Below, in pieces: positions 42,585 through 52,398 of a DNA stretch of 64,000 bases. Source of the stretch: a virus. Numbering within the stretch: position 1 is the stretch's first letter; every line of letters begins with the position of its first letter. The position numbers and the translations under genes are program-made. The stretch is taken from the UHGV virus genome UHGV-0167591. One strand, written 5' to 3'. The notes under the pieces were generated by a model, which was not told the DNA's origin, made no database searches, and saw only the letters and a program-made list of their open reading frames with translations.

Positions 42585-43007
42585 ATGTCATTCTTTTCTA
42601 CGTTAAAAACAGCTTTGTCTTTGAAGGAGAAACTTGCTGCTACTGGTGTTCTTGTTCTGATTTGCGCACTTGTTGGTGCTGGGTTTGCATGGGAACGTTA
42701 TCAGCTAAAGCAAGCCTTGGAGAAAATTGGCAGTCTTGATCAGGCTGTTAAGGAGCGTGATAAGTCAATAATGGATCTTAACCAGACCATTGAGACGATG
42801 AACAAAGCAGATCAACATTTTCACAGCCAGGAAGTGAAAAATGAATCAGAACAAGCCAAGTATGCTGACAGGCAAATGGAACGAAAAGCAGAAGTTCAGA
42901 AACAACTGGTTGCGGCGGGTAATGTTCGCCAGCGCATTCCTGCTGACACTCAGCGGTTGCTCCGGAAGTCGATCAGCGAATTTAACGCCGACGCCGACAA
43001 AGGTTAA
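42585..43007 (+). CDS. Membrane-anchored coiled-coil protein (i-spanin-like topology), 140 aa
   Basis: N-terminal TM helix (ATGVLVLICALVGAGFAW) followed by coiled-coil; SD GGAGGAAG. Confidence 0.55.
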   Translation: MSFFSTLKTALSLKEKLAATGVLVLICALVGAGFAWERYQLKQALEKIGSLDQAVKERDKSIMDLNQTIETMNKADQHFHSQEVKNESEQAKYADRQMERKAEVQKQLVAAGNVRQRIPADTQRLLRKSISEFNADADKG

Positions 43008-43173
43008 CCACCCTGCCCCCAAAAGTGCATTTATGTGCAGGATGCCGGAGTTTAGCAGTGAATATTTTGATGATCTGCCAGCGTATATCCTCGATACAGA
43101 AACGATGCTGATGGGGATTAACAGGAAGAATCGCAACGTTAATGATTACAACCGCGCTATCAGCGGTAACTAA
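42841..43173 (+). CDS. Lipoprotein encoded in alternative frame overlapping the preceding gene (o-spanin-like arrangement), 110 aa
   Basis: Lipobox LLTLSGC; starts inside 42585-43007 in another frame (SD AGGAAG); extends 166 bp beyond it. Confidence 0.45.
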   Translation: MNQNKPSMLTGKWNEKQKFRNNWLRRVMFASAFLLTLSGCSGSRSANLTPTPTKVNHPAPKSAFMCRMPEFSSEYFDDLPAYILDTETMLMGINRKNRNVNDYNRAISGN

Positions 43174-43184
43174 AAGGGATTTTT

Positions 43185-43577
43185 ATGTCTGATAAAGTAA
43201 CAGTAAAGCAAACTATCAACAAAGCGACTTCAATCTACAAAATTGAGCAAATCACTGTTGGCAAGCCAGGATCTGAACAATTCCGTCATGCTTTCGAACT
43301 TGCCGATCAGCTTGGTTTAAAACATCCAGATTGTATTGAGCATGTATTTCCAACTTATGCTGATGAGCAATGTACTCAAGTGCTTACTGAAGAGGATTTC
43401 TTCAGCACTGAAGAACGAGAAGGTGTTGATCGCTGCATTGGTGTGATTTGTTCTTCAGTGAGTGATGAGTTATTCCCTAATGTGCCTGAATATGGTGGTA
43501 TTGGATACCAGTTCTTGTACGAGGGCGATGAGCTTAAATGCTATGAACATGGCCTTCTCATTGAAAGCGTAGAATAA
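43185..43577 (+). CDS. Hypothetical protein, 130 aa
   Basis: ORF followed by a rho-independent terminator. Confidence 0.5.
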   Translation: MSDKVTVKQTINKATSIYKIEQITVGKPGSEQFRHAFELADQLGLKHPDCIEHVFPTYADEQCTQVLTEEDFFSTEEREGVDRCIGVICSSVSDELFPNVPEYGGIGYQFLYEGDELKCYEHGLLIESVE

Positions 43578-43591
43578 TACGACTCCCTTCC

Positions 43592-43616
43592 AACCGGCTA
43601 CGTTGGCCGGTTTTTC
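43592..43616. terminator. Rho-independent terminator
   Basis: CCGGC-tacgttg-GCCGG followed by TTTTT. Confidence 0.7.
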
Positions 43617-43618
43617 AC

Positions 43619-43700
43619 TTATCCACATTATCCACTGGATAGATCCAATAATTAGACCCATACAGATCCTAATTAGATCCATATAGATCCCTGATCGTTG
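43619..43700. other. Plasmid origin oriR core: tandem DnaA boxes plus GATC heptamer repeats
   Basis: TTATCCACA and TTATCCACT DnaA boxes at 43619-43636, then five GATC-containing heptamers (AGATCCA-like). Confidence 0.85.
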
Positions 43701-43736
43701 CAGGCCGCGCCACGTCTGGCTTAGAAGCCTTTCGCG

Positions 43737-43838
43737 ATGTGTGCTGGAGGGAAAACGATGTGCGCTGGAGGGAAAAAAATGTGTGCTGACGGGTTGCTAA
43801 TGTGTGCTGGCGGGATATAGGATGTGTGCTGACGGGAA
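43737..43838. repeat. incC iterons (five 19 bp RepA-binding repeats)
   Basis: Five direct copies of GATGTGTGCTGGAGGGAAA-like units upstream of repA. Confidence 0.9.
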
Positions 43839-43896
43839 AGCATGGGTAGTTATCATCACTTATAAAAACTATCCACATAATTCTGGAAAAGCTAAT

Positions 43897-44757
43897 ATGA
43901 ATCAATCTTTTATCTCCGATATTCTTTACGCAGACATTGAGAGTAAGGCAAAAGAACTAACAGTTAATTCAAACAACACTGTGCAGCCTGTAGCGTTGAT
44001 GCGTTTGGGGGTATTCGTGCCGAAGCCATCAAAGAGCAAAGGAGAAAGTAAAGAGATTGATGCCACCAAAGCGTTTTCTCAGTTGGAGATAGCTAAAGCC
44101 GAAGGTTACGATGACATTAAAATCACCGGTCCTCGACTCGATATGGATACTGATTTCAAAACGTGGATCGGTGTTATCTACGCGTTCAGCAAATACGGCT
44201 TGTCCTCAAACACCATCCAGTTATCGTTTCAGGAATTCGCTAAAGCCTGTGGTTTCCCCTCAAAACGTCTGGATGCGAAACTGCGTTTAACCATTCATGA
44301 ATCACTTGGCCGCTTGCGTAACAAGGGTATCGCTTTTAAGCGCGGTAAAGATGCTAAAGGTGGCTACCAGACTGGTCTGTTGAAGGTCGGACGTTTCGAT
44401 GCTGACCTCGATCTGATCGAGCTGGAAGCCGACTCGAAGCTGTGGGAGCTGTTCCAGCTTGATTATCGCGTCCTGTTGCAGCACCACGCCTTGCGTGCCC
44501 TTCCGAAGAAAGAAGCTGCGCAAGCTATTTACACCTTCATTGAAAGCCTTCCGCAGAACCCGTTGCCGCTATCGTTCGCGCGAATCCGCGAGCGCCTGGC
44601 TTTGCAGTCAGCCGTTGGCGAACAAAACCGTATCATTAAGAAAGCGATAGAACAGCTTAAAACAATCGGCTATCTCGACTGTTCAATTGAGAAGAAAGGC
44701 CGGGAAAGTTTTGTAATCGTCCATTCTCGCAATCCAAAGCTGAAACTTCCCGAATAA
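43897..44757 (+). CDS. repA: RepA plasmid replication initiator, 286 aa
   Basis: Begins MNQSFISDILYADIESKAKELTVNSN; flanked by incC and incA iterons as in the P1 R replicon. Confidence 0.93.
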   Translation: MNQSFISDILYADIESKAKELTVNSNNTVQPVALMRLGVFVPKPSKSKGESKEIDATKAFSQLEIAKAEGYDDIKITGPRLDMDTDFKTWIGVIYAFSKYGLSSNTIQLSFQEFAKACGFPSKRLDAKLRLTIHESLGRLRNKGIAFKRGKDAKGGYQTGLLKVGRFDADLDLIELEADSKLWELFQLDYRVLLQHHALRALPKKEAAQAIYTFIESLPQNPLPLSFARIRERLALQSAVGEQNRIIKKAIEQLKTIGYLDCSIEKKGRESFVIVHSRNPKLKLPE

Positions 44758-45041
44758 GTGTGTGCTGGAGGGAAGCTGCATTAAAAAAATGTGTGCTGCC
44801 GGGAAGGCTTGTCCAATTTCCTGTTTTTGATGTGCGCTGGAGGGGGACGCCCCGCAGTTTGCCCAGACTTTCCCTCCAGCACACATCTGTCCATCCGTTT
44901 TTCCCTCCAGTGCACATGTAATTCTCTGCCTTTCCCTCCAGCACACATATTTGATACCAGCGATCCCTCCACAGCACATAATTCAATGCGACTTCCCTCT
45001 ATCGCACATTCTGGTCCTGCATCATCCCTCCAGCACACATC
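44758..45041. repeat. incA copy-control iterons (nine repeats, three forward and six inverted)
   Basis: Nine copies of the TGTGCTGGAGGGAA core in both orientations downstream of repA. Confidence 0.88.
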
Positions 45042-45156
45042 TAATAGCCCCTTCGCTATTGCATAACGTGCAATAAATAACGCACATATCAAAAAAAGTT
45101 GCACGTAACAGAATCACACGTACAATTCACTTATACGAAACGATAAGGAGATGATG

Positions 45157-46362
45157 ATGAAACGCGATTACGGCGGTGTCGGCACCATAGCTCTTCGTGC
45201 AAGCGCATTGCTGAAGGCCATGAGCCAGGATATCGAAGATCAGCGCAAAGAGTTCAATCAGACCGAGTATTATCAGACGTTTACTCGTAACGCTGTGGCA
45301 AAGTTGCCGAAGCTGAGCCGCCGCATTGTGGAGCAGGCCATCAAAGAGATGGAAGATGATGGGTACCAGTTCAACAAGAAACAGGTCGGTAACGTTGAAC
45401 AGTATGCGCTTACCATCCAGAACGTCATTGATATCTATGCCCACCGCAAGGTTCCCAAATATCGCGACATTCACAAATCGCCTTACGTTATTTTTGTCGT
45501 AAACCTGAAAGGTGGCGTATCCAAAACGGTTTCCACAGTCACGTTGGCGCACGCGCTGCGTGTGCATCAGGATTTACTGCGTCACGACCTGCGCATTCTG
45601 GTTATTGACCTTGACCCGCAGGCATCCAGCACAATGTTCCTCGACCATACTCACAGTATTGGATCCATTCTGGAAACAGCCGCACAGGCGATGCTGAACG
45701 ACCTGGACGCGGAGACGCTACGCAAAGAGGTGATTCGTCCGACCATCGTTCCTGGCGTAGACGTGATTCCAGCCTCTATCGACGATGGCTTTGTTGCCAG
45801 CCAATGGAAAGAGCTAGTTGAAGAGCATCTTCCTGGACAAAATCAGTACGAAATCCTTCGACGCAATATCATTGATCGTGTTGCTGACGATTATGACTTT
45901 ATCTTTATCGATACCGGTCCGCACCTGGATCCGTTCCTGCTTAACGGTCTGGCGGCAAGCGATCTGTTGCTTACCCCTACCCCACCAGCCCAGGTTGATT
46001 TCCACTCAACTCTGAAATATCTCACCCGTCTGCCAGAAATGCTGGAGCAACTGGAGGAGGAAGGCGTAGAGCCGCGTTTAAGCGCCAGCATTGGTTTTAT
46101 GTCGAAGATGACCGGCAAGCGCGATCACGAGACATCACACAGCCTTGCGCGCGAGGTTTACGCCAGCAACATTCTGGACTCTTCTCTGCCTCGCCTGGAT
46201 GGCTTCGAGCGATGCGGCGAGTCTTTCGACACCGTAATCAGTGCCAACCCGCAATCGTATCCAGGCAGTGCTGAGGCACTGAAGAAGGCACGAACCGAGG
46301 CCGAGCGTTTCACTAAGGCTGTGTTTGATCGGATTGAGTTTGTCAGGGGTGAGTCGGCATGA
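45157..46362 (+). CDS. parA: ParA partition ATPase, about 401 aa
   Basis: Walker A NLKGGVSKT; large ParA with N-terminal regulatory domain; ATG 45157 chosen 6 nt after AAGGAG. Confidence 0.9.
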   Translation: MKRDYGGVGTIALRASALLKAMSQDIEDQRKEFNQTEYYQTFTRNAVAKLPKLSRRIVEQAIKEMEDDGYQFNKKQVGNVEQYALTIQNVIDIYAHRKVPKYRDIHKSPYVIFVVNLKGGVSKTVSTVTLAHALRVHQDLLRHDLRILVIDLDPQASSTMFLDHTHSIGSILETAAQAMLNDLDAETLRKEVIRPTIVPGVDVIPASIDDGFVASQWKELVEEHLPGQNQYEILRRNIIDRVADDYDFIFIDTGPHLDPFLLNGLAASDLLLTPTPPAQVDFHSTLKYLTRLPEMLEQLEEEGVEPRLSASIGFMSKMTGKRDHETSHSLAREVYASNILDSSLPRLDGFERCGESFDTVISANPQSYPGSAEALKKARTEAERFTKAVFDRIEFVRGESA

Positions 46363-47324
46363 AGAAAATAGTTTCCCGTGGACGAGTGCTGGGTAAGAAT
46401 AGCTCCGAGTTTGCTCGCATGCTTGAAGGCAGTGAAGGCACCAAAACCTTTACCCTAAAATCTGGCCGCCAGGCTAAATTTTTGCTTACCGTTGTGCTGA
46501 GTGGTGAGATTGAGTCGCGCACGTTCGTTGACCCGGCAGTTAACGGCCGCGATCAGTCTCTGCTTACTCCTGAGTCGGTAAGCGATATTTCCCGCACCAT
46601 TAAATTGCAACAGTTCTTCCCGGCTATCGGTCGTATGGTTGGGGAGCGCATTGAGGTATTGGACGGATCACGCCGCCGTGCTGCGTGTATCTTCAATGAA
46701 ACGAAATTTGAGATTCTGGTGACAAAAGATGAGATCAGCCTGGCGGATGCCCGCCAGCTGGCCATTGATATCCAGACAGCCCGCGAACACACCCTGCGCG
46801 AGCTGGGTAAACGCTTCGAGGTTATGTACGGCAAGAATATGACCAAAGAAGAGATCGCCCGAGCTGAGAACATCTCAAAGGCTAAAGTGACGCGAGCTTT
46901 CCAGGCTGCGGCGGTGCCGGATGAGATGATTGCTGTCTTCCCTGTTGCCAGCGATCTCGCCCTGCCTGATTACCAGTTGCTGCTCCAGATCTCCGAAGAT
47001 GCTAACGCTAAAAACGTACCGATTGGAGAACTGGTTGATACGGTGCGCGAGCGAATTGCAGAGACTGAGGGCGCGAAAGAGGATAAAGCGAAGATACTGG
47101 CTATCTTCAAAGCGGAAAGCAAAAGCCTGAAACCTGCGCCGGTTAAATCTGTAGTGGTAGAGAAGCTGCGAGATTTCTCTGACCGACGCCAGTACGCACG
47201 AAAGAAGACCGATCCAAAAAAACGGGTAGTCGCTTACGAGTTCTCCCGACTCCCGTCTGAAGTGCAAACTGAAATTGACGAAGCAATAAAAAAAATCATT
47301 GGAAAAATGTCTGCTGGGGAATAA
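46359..47324 (+). CDS. parB: ParB centromere-binding protein, 321 aa
   Basis: ParB/Spo0J-like core (EVLDGSRRRAA); start overlaps parA stop (ATGA). Confidence 0.88.
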   Translation: MKKIVSRGRVLGKNSSEFARMLEGSEGTKTFTLKSGRQAKFLLTVVLSGEIESRTFVDPAVNGRDQSLLTPESVSDISRTIKLQQFFPAIGRMVGERIEVLDGSRRRAACIFNETKFEILVTKDEISLADARQLAIDIQTAREHTLRELGKRFEVMYGKNMTKEEIARAENISKAKVTRAFQAAAVPDEMIAVFPVASDLALPDYQLLLQISEDANAKNVPIGELVDTVRERIAETEGAKEDKAKILAIFKAESKSLKPAPVKSVVVEKLRDFSDRRQYARKKTDPKKRVVAYEFSRLPSEVQTEIDEAIKKIIGKMSAGE

Positions 47325-47369
47325 TTCCGCTGGTGGGAGGTGGTGTTATCCCCTCCCCTTCCTAAAATG

Positions 47370-47470
47370 TCCCGCGCCAATTTCATGTTTAACTGTATGA
47401 TATATATAGATATTCATGAAAAATTTCAGGCTGAAATTCCCACGATTTAACGCCTGCTTTCACCGTCCAC
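47370..47470. other. Candidate parS centromere
   Basis: AT-rich block followed by inverted heptamers AAATTTCAGGCTGAAATT and further ATTTCA-like boxes just after parB. Confidence 0.5.
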
Positions 47471-47567
47471 TTCCCCGCATAAAAAATTTAAAAAATTACT
47501 TTTCGCGAGAAAGTCAACAAGTGACTTTCAATAAAATCTCTTCCGAAAAGGGATTCACACAAGTGCC

Positions 47568-49295
47568 TTGTGTTTAAGGAAGAGTAACTTGAGTAACTTA
47601 CGCGAATACCAGAATCGTATTGCAGATATCGCAAAACGCTCTAAAGCCGTTCTTGGCTGGGCAAGTACAGCACAGTTCGGTACTGATAACCAATTCATCA
47701 AAGATGATGCTGCGCGTGCCGCATCTATCCTTGAAGCTGCACGCAAAGACCCGATTTTTGCTGGTATCTCTGATAATGCCACCGCTCAAATTGCTACCGC
47801 GTGGGCAAGTGCACTGGCTGACTATGCCGCAACACATAAATCTATGCCGCGTCCGGAAATTCTGGCCTCCTGCCACCAGACGCTGGAAAACTGCCTGATT
47901 GAGTCCACCCGCAATAGCATGGACTCCACCAATAAAGCGATGCTGGAATCAGTCGCGGCAGAGATGATGAGTGTTTCTGACGGTGTTATGCGTCTGCCTT
48001 TATTCCTGGCGATGATCCTGCCTGTTCAGTTGGGGGCAGCTACCGCTGATGCGTGTACCTTCATTCCGGTTACGCGTGACCAGTCCGACATCTACGAAGT
48101 CTTTAACGTGGCGGGTTCTTCTTTTGGTTCTTATGCTGCTGGTGATGTTCTGGACATGCAATCCGTTGGTGTGTACAGCCAGTTACGCCGCCGCTATGTG
48201 CTGGTGGCAAGCTCCGATGGCACCAGCAAAACCGCAACCTTCAAGATGGAAGATTTCGAAGGCCAGAATGTCCCAATCCGCAAAGGTCGCACTAACATCT
48301 ACGTTAACCGTATTAAGTCTGTTGTTGATAACGGCTCCGGCAGCCTACTTCACTCGTTTACTAATGCTGCTGGGGAGCAAATCACTGTTACCTGCTCTCT
48401 GAACTACAACATTGGTCAGATTGCCCTGTCGTTCTCCAAAGCGCCGGATAAAGGCACTGAGATCGCAATTGAGACGGAAATCAATATTGAAGCCGCTCCT
48501 GAGCTTATCCCGCTGATCAACCACGAAATGAAGAAATACACCCTGTTCCCAAGCCAGTTCGTTATCGCGGCTGAGCACACGGTACAGGCGGCGTATGAAG
48601 CACAGCGTGAGTTTGGTCTGGACCTGGGGTCCCTACAGTTCCGCACCCTGAAGGAATACCTGTCTCATGAACAGGATATGCTGCGTCTTCGCATCATGAT
48701 CTGGCGTACTCTTGCGACCGACTCCTTTGACATCGCTCTGCCGGTTAACCAGTCCTTTGATGTATGGGCAACCATCATTCGCGGCAAATTCCAGACTGTA
48801 TATCGCGACATTATTGAGCGCGTTAAATCTTCTGGTGCGATGGGGATGTTTGCTGGTGCTGATGCTGCATCTTTCTTCAAACAGCTTCCGAAGGATTTCT
48901 TCCAGCCAGCTGAAGAATATACCCAGACTCCGTACGTACACTTCATCGGCACCCTGTTCGGTAACGTGAAGGTGTACGAAGTACCTGAGGGTATTTGCAC
49001 GAACCTGACCGCCGAAGGTATCCAGTTCAGCCCGATGGATGTGCTGTGCTACGTCCGTGATGAAAATCCGGGCAAGGCAGGCTTCGTGACTGGTGATGCG
49101 GTCCCGGCTATCCCATTCCAGCATCCGACCACCCCGGCACTGGTCAACCGAACCACTCTGTGGGGTTCTGCTATTAACGATATGCATCCACGCAACGGTG
49201 CTGACTACTTCACCCGTGTAACTCTGACTATGGCCAAAAATGGCGGAATTAACTTCCTGACCGGTAACACGATTGATGCTGGTGACTCTGAGTAA
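47568..49295 (+). CDS. Putative major head protein (gene 23 position), 575 aa
   Basis: Long ORF after parS, TTG start (47568 or 47589 after AAGGAAG); first gene of a structural block. Confidence 0.6.
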   Translation: MCLRKSNLSNLREYQNRIADIAKRSKAVLGWASTAQFGTDNQFIKDDAARAASILEAARKDPIFAGISDNATAQIATAWASALADYAATHKSMPRPEILASCHQTLENCLIESTRNSMDSTNKAMLESVAAEMMSVSDGVMRLPLFLAMILPVQLGAATADACTFIPVTRDQSDIYEVFNVAGSSFGSYAAGDVLDMQSVGVYSQLRRRYVLVASSDGTSKTATFKMEDFEGQNVPIRKGRTNIYVNRIKSVVDNGSGSLLHSFTNAAGEQITVTCSLNYNIGQIALSFSKAPDKGTEIAIETEINIEAAPELIPLINHEMKKYTLFPSQFVIAAEHTVQAAYEAQREFGLDLGSLQFRTLKEYLSHEQDMLRLRIMIWRTLATDSFDIALPVNQSFDVWATIIRGKFQTVYRDIIERVKSSGAMGMFAGADAASFFKQLPKDFFQPAEEYTQTPYVHFIGTLFGNVKVYEVPEGICTNLTAEGIQFSPMDVLCYVRDENPGKAGFVTGDAVPAIPFQHPTTPALVNRTTLWGSAINDMHPRNGADYFTRVTLTMAKNGGINFLTGNTIDAGDSE

Positions 49296-49355
49296 TCAGG
49301 GGAAGCTCTCCGTTTAACATAGCGCCCCCGCGCGGGGCGCATAACAGGGAAAGTT

Positions 49356-50945
49356 ATGTCTCAATATTCAATTCAACAGTCATTAGGTAATGCATCCGGC
49401 GTAGCGGTTAGTCCGATCAATGCCGATGCGACGTTATCTACCGGTGTTGCATTAAATAGCAGCTTATGGGCTGGTATTGGCGTATTTGCGCGTGGCAAGC
49501 CGTTTACTGTTCTCGCTGTTACTGAGTCCAATTACGAAGATGTTCTCGGCGAACCGTTGAAGCCATCTTCCGGCTCACAGTTCGAACCAATTCGTCATGT
49601 GTACGAAGCTATTCAGCAAACGTCTGGTTATGTTGTTCGTGCTGTTCCGGATGATGCGAAGTTCCCGATTATTATGTTCGATGAATCAGGCGAACCGGCT
49701 TACAGCGCGTTGCCATACGGTTCTGAAATTGAACTTGATAGCGGCGAAGCCTTTGCGATCTACGTTGATGACGGCGACCCATGCGTTTCACCTACGCGTG
49801 AGTTAACCATCGAAACGGCAGCTGCGGACAGCGCAGGTAATGAACGCTTCCTCCTGAAACTGACCCAGACGACTTCGCTCGGTGTGGTTACGACCCTGGA
49901 GACACATATTGTATCTTTGGCGGAAGAAGCGAAAGATGACATGGGCCGCTTGTGTTATCTGCCTACGGCTCTGGAAGCCCGTTCTAAATATCTGCGCGCG
50001 GTTGTTAATGAAGAGCTGATTTCTACCGCGAAAGTAACAAATAAAAAATCGCTGGCGTTCACTGGCGGTACCAACGGCGATCAGTCGAAAATCTCAACTG
50101 CTGCTTACCTGCGTGCGGTGAAAGTGCTGAACAATGCGCCGTACATGTACACCGCTGTTCTCGGCCTGGGTTGCTATGACAATGCGGCGATCACCGCGTT
50201 AGGTAATATCTGTTCTGATCGCCTGATTGATGGCTTCTTTGATGTCAAACCGACATTGACGTACACGGAAGCGATCTCTGCTGTTGAAGATACCGGTTTA
50301 CTTGGTACCGATTATGTAAGCTGTGCTGTCTATCACTTTCCGTTCTCCTGCAAAGACAAATGGACCCAATCCCGTGTGGTCTTCGGTCTGTCTGGCGCGG
50401 CGTATGCGGCGAAAGCTCGTGGCGTTAAGAAAAACTCCGATGTCGGCGGTTGGCATTACTCACCGGCTGGTGAAGAACGTGCCGTCATTGCTCGTGCATC
50501 ACTTCAGCCGCTGTATCCGGAAGACACCCCGGACGAAGAAGCTATGGTTAAGGGGCGTCTCAATAAAGTATCTGTAGGCACCTCTGGCCAGATGATCATC
50601 GATGATGCTTTAACTTGCTGCACGCAGGACAACTATCTGCATTTCCAGCACGTACCATCCTTGATGAATGCAATCAGCCGTTTCTTTGTCCAGTTAGCCA
50701 GACAGATGAAGCATAGCCCGGACGGCATTACTGCGGCTGGCCTGACTAAAGGGATGACGAAACTTTTAGATCGCTTTGTTGCCTCCGGCGCTCTGGTGGC
50801 TCCTCGTGATCCGGATGCTGACGGTACAGAACCGTATGTGCTGAAAGTTACGCAGGCGGAATTCGATAAATGGGAAGTGGTCTGGGCCTGCTGCCCGACA
50901 GGTGTAGCCCGTCGTATCCAGGGCGTACCGCTGCTTATTAAGTAA
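49356..50945 (+). CDS. Putative tail sheath protein (gene 22 position), 529 aa
   Basis: Size and composition consistent with contractile sheath; SD AGGGAA. Confidence 0.55.
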   Translation: MSQYSIQQSLGNASGVAVSPINADATLSTGVALNSSLWAGIGVFARGKPFTVLAVTESNYEDVLGEPLKPSSGSQFEPIRHVYEAIQQTSGYVVRAVPDDAKFPIIMFDESGEPAYSALPYGSEIELDSGEAFAIYVDDGDPCVSPTRELTIETAAADSAGNERFLLKLTQTTSLGVVTTLETHIVSLAEEAKDDMGRLCYLPTALEARSKYLRAVVNEELISTAKVTNKKSLAFTGGTNGDQSKISTAAYLRAVKVLNNAPYMYTAVLGLGCYDNAAITALGNICSDRLIDGFFDVKPTLTYTEAISAVEDTGLLGTDYVSCAVYHFPFSCKDKWTQSRVVFGLSGAAYAAKARGVKKNSDVGGWHYSPAGEERAVIARASLQPLYPEDTPDEEAMVKGRLNKVSVGTSGQMIIDDALTCCTQDNYLHFQHVPSLMNAISRFFVQLARQMKHSPDGITAAGLTKGMTKLLDRFVASGALVAPRDPDADGTEPYVLKVTQAEFDKWEVVWACCPTGVARRIQGVPLLIK

Positions 50946-50954
50946 GGGAATACA

Positions 50955-51770
50955 ATGAGCAAAAACTTTTTTCAATCCGGGGCATTTTTGGGAAATGAAT
51001 TGTCCCGTTTCGCTTTGAACGCTGATCCGGTGCAGTTGATGGAATCTGCCCGTGCAAGTGCCCAACCGCCAACCGAACCGGAGATTAATAATAATCCGGA
51101 ACAGGCGGCACAGATTAACGAGAACGTTCCACCTGACCAGGCTCCTGAGCAAATCCTGGAAGGGAAAGAAGGTAAAGAATGGACCGTCGAACAGGCGCAC
51201 CAGATGATTCTGGAAGCTGCAAATCGAAGTGCTATGCAGAATGCGTTGAGTAATGCGGCTGATGCCGTTTTCGCCTGGGCTGATAGCGGTGATCTGACTT
51301 TCGACTCCCTTGATGGTTTCGTTCAGGCTATCGCTGGTATCTCTGACGACGACGATACCGAAGTTACAGAAGAACAGGACGATGCCTATAACGAAGCATG
51401 GGCAAATGTTGCTGACTTCCTCGCAGCATGCGGTGTAGATGATGACCTGATCGAAGCACTGGCTGACGATGAAGACGACGACGCAGCTGCTGATGTCGGT
51501 TCCGCTATTGCAGGTTTGGATAGCGACGACCGCGACGAACTGGAAGCGGCGTTTGTTGTTGCTGGCACTTCTGATGAAATGCTGACTGAAGCATTTAAGA
51601 AGGTTGTTCGTAACGGTGAGATCAAACTCATCCGTAAACGCCTGCGTAAAAAACGTCTGACTGCGGCTCAAAAATCGGCGCTGAAAAAAGCGCGTCGAAA
51701 AGCCCAGACTGGCGCGGCAAAACTTGCCCGCAAAAAGTCAATGAAACTGCGCCGTAAGCGCCTTGGCTAA
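50955..51770 (+). CDS. Virion-associated protein with acidic core and basic C-terminal tail, 271 aa
   Basis: Highly acidic central region and Lys/Arg-rich C-terminus; SD AAGGGA. Confidence 0.55.
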   Translation: MSKNFFQSGAFLGNELSRFALNADPVQLMESARASAQPPTEPEINNNPEQAAQINENVPPDQAPEQILEGKEGKEWTVEQAHQMILEAANRSAMQNALSNAADAVFAWADSGDLTFDSLDGFVQAIAGISDDDDTEVTEEQDDAYNEAWANVADFLAACGVDDDLIEALADDEDDDAAADVGSAIAGLDSDDRDELEAAFVVAGTSDEMLTEAFKKVVRNGEIKLIRKRLRKKRLTAAQKSALKKARRKAQTGAAKLARKKSMKLRRKRLG

Positions 51771-51805
51771 AGGAGGAGGCCGGAGAACTCCGGCCTTTAA
51801 CTTGA

Positions 51806-52387
51806 ATGGCTCCTATAGCTTATGGGGTTTACAGCCAGGCTGACGGTGTATCGCCATATCTGAAAGTTACTTTAACGAACTCTCAGTACCAGGTTACCGG
51901 ATATATCAGCCAGGGAGCGGCAATGAACATGGCCCAGAATTGGGAAGCGCCGTTTACCGGTATGTCCATGGGATCTGTTTCTGGTGCTCTGGGTGGTTTT
52001 GTGCAAGTAGGTACTGAAACAACGTCAGTTGCCCGTTGGAATAGCTTAATGGTTTGGGAAGGGGGGACACCGCCGACGTTCACGCTGCCCGTAACTTTCA
52101 TTGCTTTGAACAATCCATTCATTGAAGTTTCAGGCGCTATAGCCGCGTTGACAGCCATGATTAGCCCGGAACTAAAAGCGGCCAATGTTGGCGGTCGAAT
52201 CCCGGAGCGTGTGACGCTAAACATTGGTCGCCGGATCAACATCACCGATGTCGCCATCCAGGACTTAAGTTTTGATCTCGATGCGCCAAGGGACAGTAAT
52301 GGATATTTCCTGAAAAACACCGTCAACCTCCAGTTGACCGGTTCTTCGATATATAACAGCTCCGATATTGTTCGGGCGTTCCAGTAA
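51806..52387 (+). CDS. Putative tail structural protein, 193 aa
   Basis: ORF in structural block; hairpin between the upstream AGGAGG and the ATG. Confidence 0.5.
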   Translation: MAPIAYGVYSQADGVSPYLKVTLTNSQYQVTGYISQGAAMNMAQNWEAPFTGMSMGSVSGALGGFVQVGTETTSVARWNSLMVWEGGTPPTFTLPVTFIALNNPFIEVSGAIAALTAMISPELKAANVGGRIPERVTLNIGRRINITDVAIQDLSFDLDAPRDSNGYFLKNTVNLQLTGSSIYNSSDIVRAFQ

Positions 52388-52398
52388 AAGGATTTTAT

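Noticed and set aside
43737-45041. Regularly spaced direct repeats that could be mistaken for a CRISPR array
   Set aside because: These are 19 bp RepA iterons flanking repA, with variable spacing and mixed orientation; no cas genes.
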